A stretch of DNA of 64,000 nt from Octopus bimaculoides (lineage: Eukaryota), in NCBI RefSeq assembly GCF_001194135.2, contig NC_068983.1, forward strand, positions 118,314,050 through 118,378,049, written 5' to 3'. Position 1 is the first letter of the stretch. Each line of letters starts with the position of its first letter. The notes beneath the pieces are model-generated. The model made no database searches. It was not told the DNA's origin and saw nothing but the letters and a program-made list of their open reading frames with translations. Below, piece after piece: positions 24,951-37,117 of the stretch. A program made the position numbers and the translations under genes.

Positions 24951-25350
24951 TGCAGGCATGGCTGTGTGGTAAGAAGCTTGCTTCCCAAATACATGGTTCC
25001 AGGTTCAGTCACACTGTGTGGCACCTTGGGCAAGTGTCTTCTACTATAGCCTCAGGCCGACCAAATCCTTGTGAATGGATTTGGTTGATGGAAACTGAAA
25101 GAAGCCCATTGTATATATGTCTATATATCTATGTGTGTGTGACTGTTTGTCCCACCACCACTGCTTGACAACTGGTGTTGGTGTGTTTACATCCCTGTAA
25201 CTTATTGGTTCAGCAAAAGAGACCAATTGATTAAGTGCTAGGCTTATAAAGAGTAAGTACTGGGGTCAATACATACATCTAAAAATTCTTCAAGGTGGTG
25301 CCCCAGCATGGCCACAGTCTAATGACTGAAACAAGTAAAAGATAAAATAT
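24951..25350 (+). mobile_element. SINE family A copy
   Basis: Colinear with 848-1260 but with many CpG-to-TpG/CpA changes. Confidence 0.88.
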
Positions 25351-26769
25351 AAAAGATACAAACATGTTTCATTTCTTGTTAGTTTAGCTTTGTCAATTGC
25401 CCATATGGAAGTATGAGATATGTTTGTGTGGTTTATGCTTAACTGCTATGCATAAACTGGACTTAGTAACTGTGATTGTCTGTCAGAGAATCTTCAATGA
25501 CAGTTATGAAGCAATGAAGCAAATAATCAGAGCCCTAGCAGTCATTGTCTTTTATTTTAAAACACTAACATGTCTAGTTTTTAAATTTTATTTTTTTTTT
25601 AAGTTCAGATACCTTACATTTAAAAATCTTATGATTACTCATTTTTTCTAGAACTATGTCACTTCAAGTCACTTCAATATCCATCTATATGATTTTATAT
25701 CTTTGATCTTTTTAAACACAAAGCCAAAATACAAACTCTTCTGATCCTTATTTTTCTCAAGGAGGGCTTATTCAAGCAATGAGCACTACCTATTCCTCCT
25801 GAGAGTGTTACCAATCCTTCATTGGAGTGCAGATTAATATATATCATTACTCACTACTTAGAAAAAATGGAGAAAAAAAATTGTTTGTATTTTGAGAATG
25901 GAAGAGGGCTGTTTTATATCCAGTTTTGAATGTTTATTGGTTGTTGTATTTTCATATAATTTCTAATTCAATCAATTTTGTTTTACTATTCCATATTATT
26001 TTCACTTTCAAATGTTCTTTCCTAAATGCCTTTTCCCTTAATTTTCAACCATTGGCTTGAGTTTTCTGGTACATATTTCTTCATTATGATGGTTATTTAA
26101 ATCAGAAAATAAAATTCCTGCTTTTCTAATTTAAGAACAAAATAAAAATGAAATGTTAAAACATAAATAATTATAAAAACACTCTTGAGTGGTTTGCATG
26201 CATAACTGCACACCCCAAAATTGCTAATTTTGCTGACTTGTATAATATTGTACTAATAGAAAAACACTTCACTTCAGTAAGAAGTAGGTTTAACTGAAAA
26301 AAAGTAATTTGCCACAAGTATCCATAGGTACTGGAGCTCCGAAATGGGTCTCAGGGAGTAGCATCCCTGCCTTTCTGAACTAGTTTTCCACCACATTTCT
26401 TAAAAATCATGGTAGAGGCCTTGGTCTCGGGACGACTCATGTCTAGAAATTGAGGTTGGGAGGAAGCAAGGGTATGCTCCCCGTAGAAAATCCAGCTCCA
26501 AAAAAAGCTTCATGATAGCAAGAGAGAATGGGCACCAGCCAGTCAAAGGTTGGGGTAGGCTGCCCCTTCCTGCCTCAGTTGCTATGACATTGAAGTAGAT
26601 CTGACCATCCTCATTAACACGGACAAAATCCGGATTTAAAACACTGGATGATGATGATGATAATGATCCATATTTTCGAAAAAAATCTACTTTTAACTTT
26701 GAAAACTTTGATAGGTTTTGGCCAGCATAACCCCAGGCCATGTCTAACTTAATAGCACCATCTGGTGAA

Positions 26770-27065
26770 GTCTTTTAGTCATATATGTTTGACGTCTACT
26801 ATGTCATTGATGTAGATAATGAAGAGGAGTGGGCTCAACACAGTACCTTGTGGGACACCACTACTGACTTTGGCTGAGCTTGACCGTATTCGCTCAAACA
26901 CAACATGTTGGGTTCTGTTTATCAGGAAACATTTTATCCACTGCAGTAGCTTTCCATGGACTCCAATGTTGGACAGTTTCTTCAGCAGGATTTTGTGGTC
27001 CACTCTGTCAAATGCCTCGCTGAAATCAAGGTATATGACGTCATTGTTGGAGCCTTCTCCCAAAG
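26770..27065 (-). mobile_element. CR1/L2-like non-LTR retrotransposon reverse-transcriptase fragment
   Basis: The ORF reads DVIYLDFSEAFDRVDH...SGVPQGTVLSPLLFIIYINDI, i.e. RT motifs of the CR1/L2/Jockey group. Confidence 0.9.
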
Positions 27066-28212
27066 CTTTATATTGGTTTCAAATTTTTTGCTTGAGACCA
27101 GCAAGTTTGGGTGGGGGCTAGTCAATTATCGATCCCAATACTCAACTGGTAATTATTTTATTGACCTTGAAAGGATGAAAAGTAAAGTTGACCTCAGCGG
27201 AATTTGTACCCAGAACATAAAGACTGACAAAATGCTACTAAGCATTTTGCTTGGCATGCTAATGACTTTGCCATTTTGCTGCTTTTATCTACTTTTATAT
27301 TAGCATGGAAAACTGATCTAAAAGATATCAAGGTTAAGTGGGGTGGAATTGAGTAAAATGTAAGAAAGTTATACACAATTTCTTAGTAATTCTGATTGTA
27401 AGTTATTATTTATTGTTATTTTGTGTACAGTTGATAAAGTGAATCATTGCAGGAGAAAAGTAGTTATATAGAACTAATCATCTGATGATCTTCAGCTTCC
27501 TGTAGTTGAGGATAAGAAAGTCAAACACAGAAAACAAACTGTATTAATGTTATTAGATTTCAAAATGTAGTACATCCTGTTTGTTAGTCTTATTATTAAT
27601 CTTATACATGCAAAATATATATTTCATCGGTCTGTTAAAAGTAATTATATTTTAAACCATAGTTTATACAGCCTTGTACTTCTCTTAGATTTCCATAGTT
27701 TTAAGTAGATGAAAGATAATTTTCCACCTGGATGTGATGCTAGTCCCTCACATGTAGCTTTACCCATTGGAGCAAATGAATTGTAAACCAACAAATCACT
27801 TATCAAGTCAGCAGTACTGATATAGCTTGGAGAGACAAATCATTCTTAATTTTCAATAGAACTAGGGTTAGACCATTTGAGAATTAAGTGTCCTGGCTAT
27901 AAGAATGATGCAGTTCCAGTGATATGACACTAGCCACTGCCATTTCAGTTGCTTGTCCCTTATCCTATTTACTTTGGTATCAATAAAATATTATTAGCTA
28001 TATTCTGAGTTATTCTGTTAACTATGTCCTCTTCTAAAAAGAGTCTGTGTGCAGCAAAATAAAATAGAAAAAGTTAAAGAGGTTTTTAAGTTTTAATTAA
28101 ACATTTTGTTATGTACTTAAGACTCTGGATATTCATTCAAAATGCTTCCAGTTAATTCTTATTTCATTTTATTTCCTTATTGTATCTTGGATTTTATTTT
28201 GTTTCCTTTTAG

Positions 28213-28287
28213 GTATTTGAGGGCTTCACTGATGAGAATGCTGATGATTTTGACTCTAACTATGTTCATCTATCTGTTGAAGAAATG
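28213..28287 (+). CDS. VEZT: Vezatin exon (provisional 12; VFEGFTDENADDFDSNYVHLSVEEM)
   Basis: Acceptor ccttttAG, donor GTatgt, 75 nt, phase 0/0. Resembles ELEAYVD...YYLSQED. Confidence 0.85.
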
Positions 28288-29476
28288 GTATGTTGAAATT
28301 AAAATTATTACAGCTTAGCTGTTTTACATTCTACTGTAATTTCATTAAAATAAGCCTGTTTAATTGATATTATCTTGACACTATTATCTATATTCTATTA
28401 AAAATTTTGATATGCTTCATCAGTATTTGGCTATATTAAAGCATAGAGGGGAAATTAGAGTCTGAAAAAACATATTCATGGCCTGAAAAAATAATAAATG
28501 AAATCTGTAAAATAATTTAGCTTTATGAGCCTGAAATATGAGAATTCACCTTTCTCCATGGCACTTAACTTATTTTATGAATTCTATAAAAACATACTTC
28601 ATGAGTCTGGGAAGATATACTTTCCTGCTGCAGCACTTGCTAATAGGAAGGTCAGCTAGTTAAAATTTCATGAAATGTGTGTGAAGAAATAGTGTATTAC
28701 GGATTCAGGCAACTTGGAAACCCCCCATCAAAGAAAAGAAAATGTAATAATAAAGAATTATAATAATAAGATAAAATCATGTCTCAAGCATGTCAAACAG
28801 GAGCCATCGTTATGTTACATATTTGTTTTCCAGCTGTACCATTATATGACTGGGGAAAACACACCTACTGCTTGAAAATAATTGGTACAGAAGGTGCTAA
28901 GTGATTTTAATTAACTAAATTTATACCTGTTATGAAGGGAAATAACCATTAACTTGATGATAAATTTTGGTCAAGAAAGGCAAGGAAGACAACTCTGGAA
29001 TTTAAATTAATTGAAAAGAAAATGCAGTGGGGATTGTGTCTGATCTTTGGTATCAAGGATATTTTTGTGAATGAATACTAAGTAGTATGACCACTTAAAA
29101 GAACGACTGAAGGAAATAACTGCAAATGCCTCCTGTATGAAAATAATTTGTAAAGTGAGTGCTAACGTACTTAATGTAGCAAACTTTGGAATGAAGAAAT
29201 ATTCTGAAGTGGTTTCCTATTGCTTCCTCTTAGCATACGATATTTTTTTACAAAAAGAGAAATGTCATTTATAATACTCTTATCTTTCTTAAGGACATTT
29301 GCAAATTCAATGAAGTGTCTCACTGAGAAGCTAAAAAGTTGCTACATAACTTTCTATTTGACTTTGTTTTTTGTGTGCAAATTCAGTTATTATTGGAATA
29401 CACTTATCTTGATTCAATCATTACACTCACTTTTTAACATGTTTCTCACTATCTCACACATACATATCATATGTAT

Positions 29477-29525
<49 letters not shown>

Positions 29526-29589
29526 CTGTGTTTGTGTGTGTCTAGATATAGTGATGCAACCGTGAAAAATATAACTCAGAATATGAATA

Positions 29590-30010
29590 TCATCATCATC
29601 GTCGTTTAACGTCCACTTTCCATGCTAGCATGGGTTGGACGATTTGACTGAGGACTGGTGAAACCAGATGGCTACACCAGGTTCCAATCTGATTTGGCAG
29701 AGTTTCTACAGCTGGATGCCCTTCCTAACGCCAACCACTCCGAGAGTGTAGTAGGTGCTTTTACGTGCCACCGGCACGAAGGCCAGTCAGGTGGTACTGG
29801 CAATGGCCACACTCAAAATGGTGTATTTTACGTGCCACCTGCACAGGAGCCAGTTCGGCGGCACTGACAACGATCTTGCTCGAATGTCTTTACATGTGCC
29901 ATCTGGCACAAGTGCCAGGAAGGCGATGCTGGGCACAGGTGCCATTGACAGTTTCCCTTTCACTTGCCCCAATAGGTCTTCGCAAGCCGAGTTTCGTTTC
30001 CAATGAAGGA
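29590..30010 (-). mobile_element. RTE-tailed SINE family B, near-complete copy
   Basis: Reverse complement of 24085-24440, plus a 5' portion also seen at 39740-39838. Confidence 0.9.
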
Positions 30011-30573
30011 ATTTTTATTAATATATATAAATTTCTGTATACACATCCAGATACATCATTTAAGCCACACACACTGACACATCTACTCTTTTCTATCTCA
30101 CTACTTATCCTCCAACACTTGTTTCATTCATTTTATTCATCCCCTCACTCATTCCTCATCACTTGTTCTCCCATACACTCTTACCCACCCACACTCCCAG
30201 TTCTGTCCCCATTCACATCTACTCGCTCATATCTTGAGGGTTCATCCAGACCCTTCATCACCACTACTTCTATCCCTTTTTAGCTCCACCCTTATTCCAC
30301 CCTCACTTTTAAAATGTGAGTAGCCATGTAGCCATGTAGCTATGTAGGTCCTCTACAGCAAGAAACCTGTCCTTTGCTGGCCCTCTTCTCGCATACTTTA
30401 ATCCCTCATTTTCTATCATAATGCTTACTCTTTTGGGGTTCATTATGTTGTAAGCTGCATGTTAACCTTACTAGTACTTATGGCACAAGAATTTTACCCA
30501 GAACATGCTGTAAAGTGGTTGGCATTTGGAAGGGTGTCTGGTCATAGAAACCATGCTAAAATAGATTGAAGAA

Positions 30574-30719
30574 TGGTACAGTCTTTGATCTTGGTACAGT
30601 CTTTGATCTTGGTACAGTCTTTGATCTTGGTACAGTCTTTGATCTTGGTACAGTCTTTGATCTTGGTACAGTCTTTGATCCTACAGTCTTTGACAGGATC
30701 AGTCTTTGATCCTGTCAAA
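30574..30719 (+). repeat. 18-bp minisatellite (TGGTACAGTCTTTGATCT x6) followed by a 12-bp-stem hairpin
   Basis: Six consecutive units at 30574-30681. TTTGACAGGATC and GATCCTGTCAAA are inverted at 30689-30719. It lies inside a decayed family B repeat. Confidence 0.95.
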
Positions 30720-30949
30720 CTCTCCAACCCTTATCAGCATGGAACATAGACAATATATGGGGATGATGATGGTGATGGTGACGACAATTACACTATCTTA
30801 AGCTTAAAACATCAAAGACATTTCTACTTTTCTTTACTTGAGCGTAAACTTATTAGCTACACTTTGTTTTCTCTTTGTTTTCAAGTTACTATTTATGTCA
30901 TTAATTTTGTACCTATATATATATATAAATATACACATACTTACATTCA

Positions 30950-32240
30950 CACATGAGGATTGGCTGAAAAGTTCATAGGCTGACCAAGATACTCATAGAA
31001 TGTGACCAAACAAGGTTTATTTTCAAAATACCACCCCTCCTTGCAGTCGACATACCTCCATCAATGTTGCAGTGCTTGGATCCCATTGGCAAAGAATCTT
31101 TCATCATGCTGGTCAAAAAAAAAGTCATCAACAGCAGAGATGATGTCATTATCATTGCAACACTGCTTCCCAGCCAAGTCATTTTTCATGTTGGAGAACA
31201 GGTGATAATCAGATGGGGCCAAATCAGGAGAATAGGGATGGTGATCAACCAGTTCAAAGCCACAAGTCACACACAACAGCCATTGAAATGAAGGACTTGT
31301 GTGCTGGAGCATTGTTCTGATGAAACAAGACCTCTTTCATCAGTTTTCCTGGGAATTTGGTCTTGATAACCTTTCATAACTACCTCAGCAAGTTTGCATA
31401 GTACTCTCCATTGATGGTGTGGCCCTTCTGAAGATTGTCAATAAACAAATCAAGAAACTGAGGCCATCACCTTCCCTGCAGGTGTTACAACCTTGGCCTT
31501 CTTTAGAGCAGGTGAGGAGAGGTTTTTCCATTGCATGGATTGTCTCTTTGTCTCTGATTCAAAGTGATGAACCCAACACTCATCCTGGGTTAGAAAACAT
31601 TCAAGGAAACTAGCTGGATCTGCCTGAAACAATGCTAGATTTTGTCATGATGTAATCAGCTTGATGCACTTTTGATCAGATGTCAGAAGACGTGGCACCC
31701 ACCAAGCAGAAACCTTTGGCATGCCAAGTCCATTGTGCAGCATATTCTCAATTCACTCACAGGATATGCTGATTGCATCGACTATTTGATTTATAGTCAA
31801 TCGCCTGTCATCCATCAGCATGTAGTGAACACAATGAGTGTTTTCCTTGGTGGTGGCAGTTGCAGGATGTCCAGACCTTGGGCAGTCTTCAAGATTCTCC
31901 AGTCCCTTCATAAATTCAGATGCCAACTTTTGCACTGTTGATAAAGCTGGAGTGTCATTCCCTAATGTAGCAAGCATGTCAGTATAAATGTCCTTGGAGA
32001 CTAAACCCTTTTTCTACAGCTATTTCATAACAAGGTGATGCCAAATTTTGTCCATATTCAAGGGAAGTCACTACCAGTTACATTTGAAGTGTTTTTTGAA
32101 CAGTGAGATGTCAGTTTACATGGAAAGAAATAATACAGTTAATAATGCAGAAAAGTTGAAATTAATGCATGCTAGATTTCATAGCTCTAGCATCACTCCT
32201 TCCAAGTTAGCCTATAAACTTTTCAGCCTGCCTTTATGTG
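30950..32240 (-). mobile_element. Full-length, decayed mariner (Tc1/mariner DD34D) transposon
   Basis: Imperfect TIRs of about 35 bp (30950-30984 and 32206-32240), length about 1.29 kb. Frameshifted transposase pieces include the HTH region (EDCPRSGHP), TQDECWVHH and YSPDLAPSDYHLF. Confidence 0.93.
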
Positions 32241-32264
32241 TTTGTGTGTATGTATGTATATATG

Positions 32265-32317
<53 letters not shown>

Positions 32318-32842
32318 NNNNNNNNNNNNNNNNNNNNNNNNNNNNNNNNNNNNNNNNNNNNNNNNNNNNNNNNNNNNNNNNNNNNNNNNNNNNNNNNNNN
32401 NNNNNNNNNNNNNNNNNNNNNNNNNNNNNNNNNNNNNNNNNNNNNNNNNNNNNNNNNNNNNNNNNNNNNNNNNNNNNNNNNNNNNNNNNNNNNNNNNNNN
32501 NNNNNNNNNNNNNNNNNNNNNNNNNNNNNNNNNNNNNNNNNNNNNNNNNNNNNNNNNNNNNNNNNNNNNNNNNNNNNNNNNNNNNNNNNNNNNNNNNNNN
32601 NNNNNNNNNNNNNNNNNNNNNNNNNNNNNNNNNNNNNNNNNNNNNNNNNNNNNNNNNNNNNNNNNNNNNNNNNNNNNNNNNNNNNNNNNNNNNNNNNNNN
32701 NNNNNNNNNNNNNNNNNNNNNNNNNNNNNNNNNNNNNNNNNNNNNNNNNNNNNNNNNNNNNNNNNNNNNNNNNNNNNNNNNNNNNNNNNNNNNNNNNNNN
32801 NNNNNNNNNNNNNNNNNNNNNNNNNNNNNNNNNNNNNNNNNN

Positions 32843-33072
32843 GGCACATAAAAGACACCATTTCGAGCGTGGCCGTTTTCGTGCGGGTGACACGTAAAAG
32901 CACCCACTACACTCTCTGAGTGGTTGGCGTTAGGAAGGGCATCCAGCTGTAGAAACTCTGCCAAATCAGACTGGAGCCTGGTGTTGCCATCCGGTTTCAC
33001 CAGTCCTCAGTCAAATCGTCCAACCCATGCTAGCATGGAAAGCGGACGTTAAACGATGATGATGATGATGAT
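32843..33072 (+). mobile_element. RTE-tailed SINE family B, 3' part (5' end in gap)
   Basis: Near-identical to 24190-24440; (GAT)n tail. Confidence 0.88.
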
Positions 33073-33625
33073 ATATACACACACACACACACACATACAC
33101 ACTCTCTCCCACCCACCTGCAAAAAAAACATACACATCTATTTGTTTGATATGGTTTATTTATCACAACCTGTAATGAATGTTTATAATTCTGTGTGTTT
33201 GGTTATATTTCCAAAGATCCATACAGGAGGAGCAAATTTGATAATATTCACTGTTTCTTTCAGTAGTTTCATTCCAGTATTGTAAACACAGAGTACAAAT
33301 ATAAGCCAAGTGGGGAGATAAATATTTATGTTTATCTAATGCATCTTACATGTGTTCATTAACAATATGTTATATGAACAAAAACCTTATAAATAGATTA
33401 CACCAGCAAATCTTCAGAGTCTGTATAACAAAATGTTGTAAGGTTTTCAGATACATAACAGATATTACTTTTAATAATATGAATTGAATAAACGTAAATA
33501 TTTATCTCCTTTCTTGGCATGTATGTGTGTTAACATGTCTGTAATTTTGCATGTGAATGTATATTTGTTGAAACTTGCACTTACATGTATAAATAAATCC
33601 AGTAATGGTATGTTTAAATCAACAG

Positions 33626-33863
33626 GAAAAACAAAGGAAAGATATGGAAGAATCAAAACGAATGATGCATGAGCTGAAATCTGTGATTGCAGTTCGAGCT
33701 GTTGATAGAGAAAAACGAGAGGATATTGCCATAAAACGACAAAAGCATGGTCTTGAATGTCAATCTCCATCAGGTTATAGTAGTGAAGGGGATCAGTCTG
33801 AAGATAGTTTGCACAGTGATAGCCTTCAAAGTGACAGTTTACAAGGCCATGTCATTTCTACAG
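33626..33863 (+). CDS. VEZT: Vezatin exon (provisional 13; EKQRKDMEESKRMMHELKSVI...)
   Basis: Acceptor caacAG, donor GTaaca, 238 nt, phase 0/1. Matches ERQKREHEESKRVLQELKSVL. Confidence 0.92.
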
Positions 33864-34039
33864 GTAACAATTTAGACTACTTTTGTTTTGTTTTTTCTGC
33901 CATAACCAAAATTTGTCATCGTAAACATCAATTGGTTGAGAGCATCTTTTAATAGGCAACATATTCTATTGCAGAAATATCCTCTGAAATAATTTGAACC
34001 CAGTACTACTAGCTAGCAGTAATATATATCATCATCATC

Positions 34040-34440
34040 ATTTAACATCCGCTTTCCAAGCTGGCATGGGTTGGGCAGTTTGACTGAAAACTGGTAAGCC
34101 GGGGGGTGGGCTGTCTGACCACAGTTACAAACATTGCTAAATAGAAGAAATGAAAGTATGATGCAATCAAAAAATAGGAATATACAGGTTTGTTGCTGTA
34201 CACGTATAACAAATCTGCATATTCGTATCTAATAACAAAAAAAAAAAAAAAGCAAAAATCTACCAAGAACAATTTAGAAAAATTAAGGTTCTGATCTGAT
34301 TTTGCAAGGTTTCTCTAGCTGGATGCCCATCCTAATGCCAACCACTCTGAGTGTAGTGGGTGATTTTTACATGCCACCGGCATGGGTGCCAATGACCTCA
34401 TACCGGCATCGGCCATGACTACAGTCTCACTTGGCTTGAC
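34040..34440 (-). mobile_element. Interrupted family B repeat
   Basis: Tail at 34040-34110 and body at 34300-34440, separated by unrelated A-rich sequence. Confidence 0.65.
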
Positions 34441-34459
34441 AGATCTACACAAGCAGTAA

Positions 34460-34497
<38 letters not shown>

Positions 34498-35189
34498 ATA
34501 TTCAGTACTATTTAAGAATAACGTCAGCAGTGCAATCATAACTTTTATAAATAGGTTGTTGATTTTGTCACCCCAGGTCAAGCTTGATTGGATAGGTCTA
34601 TGATATACAGTACAGATAGTTGACTGAATGGATAGTTGCAATCTAGAGGTCCACTGTCCTGGATATATCATACCTCCACCTAATTGAGGATTTTCTTTTC
34701 TGTCTAGTCTGTTTATGCATAAGTGAACAGATACAGTTGAAGCACAAACCTCCACCAAGGCAACACCAACGTCCTCTCAACAATTAGCCGGAGATGATTT
34801 TTAAAATGAGAATATCTGAAATAAATGAGAATACTAAAAACAAACCTGACAGCTCTCAAAAATTCAGTAAAAAAAAACAGAATAATAATCCAGAATCATT
34901 GTCTGGTACCTGATCGATCTTCATGCCAGCATAGATAGTTTTAATTTTTAAATATTGATTTCATTATATTTATAACTGTCTGTTACAAGAGGGTTACTGG
35001 GTCATGATATTACGTTCTGGGTTGTGAAGCAGTGTGTCATTATGAATCAAGGTGTTTTTGGTGTAAAGTGTATTAGTATATTAAGAGTACCTGTACTGAA
35101 ACTGAAATGAAAGAAGCTTAATAATGTTATTACAAAAGGCCGCTGAATATGTGGGAAGAGGAGGGACTATCACAAGTAGTAATTAATTG

Positions 35190-35560
35190 GCACTCCGTCG
35201 CTTATGACGATGAGGGTTCCAGTTGATCTGATTAACAGAACAGCCTGCTCATGAAATTAATGTGCAAGTGGCTGAGCACTCCACAGACACGTGTACCCTT
35301 AACGTAGTTCTCGGAGATATTCAGCGTGACACAGTGTGACAAGGCTGACCCTTTGAATTACAAGCACAACAGAAAGTAAGAGTGAGAGAAAGTTGTGGTG
35401 AAAGAGTACAGCAGGGTTCACTACCATCCCCTGCCAGAGCCTTGTGGTGCTTTAGGTGTTTTCACTCAATAAACACTCACAACGCCCTGTCTGGGAATCG
35501 AAACCATGATCATATGACCGCGAGTCCGCTGCCCTAACCACTGGGCCATTGCACCTCCAC
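35190..35560 (-). mobile_element. tRNA(Arg)-like-headed SINE, family R2 (possibly the octopus OR family)
   Basis: The minus-strand head is TGGCCCAGTGGTTAGG (A box)...GGACTCGCGGTC (TCG anticodon-like)...GGTTTCGATTCCC (B box). A second copy lies at 42838-43066. The family name is my inference from memory. Confidence 0.8.
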
Positions 35561-36257
35561 TTATCACAAGTAGACCCAACAGAAAAATCAACTACTGAAG
35601 TGGTTAGTTATATTGGTGAAATGAGCATTAAAGATAGAAAGATGAGCAAAGCTGCTGGACCATTGCAGATGTTATTGAGATGTTGAAAATATCCAACAAA
35701 TAGGCTTCAGCCAGAAGCAACTACAAAGGTACCATATAGATGAACTAAGCTATGAGAGCAACTGAAAGAGTTTCCGTACAACTGATTAGGAAAAGAATTA
35801 GCCAATGTAGAATGAACTTCAGATTTGTCCCAGATCATAATGCTACAAGTGGTGAAATATTGTGTTGTGGTGTGGATATTATGTTGAAGAGGACTTGACC
35901 AACTCATGCAAGCATGGAAAACATGGAAAAATGATAATGAGGAATTTTATCATTCCACTCAGTAACTCTTTGGTATTTCTAATAGTAGTTTTTCTTTTGT
36001 TTGATGGATTTAATCATACCTTCCTGAATATTAATTTAATCTCAGTTTTGTATCTGTTTTGTTTCCATATCATTAAATAATCAATCAATAGATATTCAAC
36101 ACTGTTAAATAACCAATCAGAGTTAGAGCTTGCAGTTAGTAAAGCTTGACTTAGCTGTAATCCATAAGCAGAATCTGTTAAAAATTAACTATTATATATT
36201 TTTTTAAAATTGATCTCATGTTCTTATACTAAAAATAGTTTATATTATATTTTTCAG

Positions 36258-37117
36258 CAGAAAAAGACTCTATGCAAGAGTCTGAAAATCTTAGTGATGA
36301 TTTACTTGGTGAAGATAATTTAGATTTGGATGATATAAATATGTCTGAATCACATTGTTCTACTACTACTAGTGACACAGGATTCAGTCAAGTTTCTTGG
36401 AGTAAACAGATTTCAGAAAATTCAACTGACCAAGATTCAGAACCATTTTTTCTTCATCAGAATCAATCCAGTGAAATTGATTGTGATATCCAATTGAGAA
36501 ATTTGATTTTTTCACCTTTAACTAGAAAAACAGATTGTGAAACTGACAGCTTAAATAACTTTTCATTTCCAGAGGATGTTAGCCATAATGCCTTGCATTC
36601 TGATTCCCCCACCTCAAAGATTGATAGTTTGGATCCAAATTCTCAAACACCAGTTATGAACCAGAGCACAAATATTAGGGATTCAGATAAGTTTAATTCT
36701 TATCAGTTAAATCTTCAGTCAGAATCTCATCCTTATCCTTCAGGTTCAGATAATTTGAATTTAGATGCAATGAAGATTGGCGAGGTTGAAAATAATACTT
36801 CATCTGAATTTCCAGCTTCTGATTCTAACAGCAGTTTTTTTCTCCATCAAGAGAAAGAGACAGATCGTAATCTACAGGGAACAAATCTTGCTGGCTTACA
36901 GGAACGGTTGCTTGCTCGTGATGAATCAAGTTTTATGTTTGCTCGAAATATTGCTGCACAAGCATCTGCACGTTGCAAAGAAAATTTATCCCTCAATATT
37001 CAAACATTTGGTGATTCTGATAGTATTGAAGATGATGACAGTGTTGATAGTGATAAAGAGATTAATGACAGCCTTGCAGATGATTCTAAGGTAGAAAATT
37101 CTCAGGACAACTTATAA
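36258..37117 (+). CDS. VEZT: Vezatin terminal coding exon: acidic/Ser-rich tail ending in ARNIAAQASAR...IQTFGD
   Basis: Tandem acceptor cagCAG (start 36258 or 36261), phase 1, open to TAA at 37115-37117. The C-terminal motif resembles vezatin IAAEVAAR...QTFG. Confidence 0.88.

Noticed and set aside
27430-27545. Exon-like segment (SSDDLQLPVVEDKK...) in intron 11
   Set aside because: There is an in-frame stop right after the plausible acceptors, and exons 11 and 12 already join in phase.
29658-29867. Recurrent ORF MKPDGYTRLQSDLAEFLQLDALP... (also 24037, 32212 and 58263), which looks like a gene family
   Set aside because: It is an antisense reading of SINE family B. The similarity is at the DNA-repeat level.
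30574-30681. Direct repeats as a possible CRISPR array
   Set aside because: The units are head-to-tail with no spacers, there are no cas genes, and the context is eukaryotic.
35490-35560. tRNA-Arg gene
   Set aside because: The A/B boxes continue into a SINE body present in two copies, and I see no complete acceptor stem.
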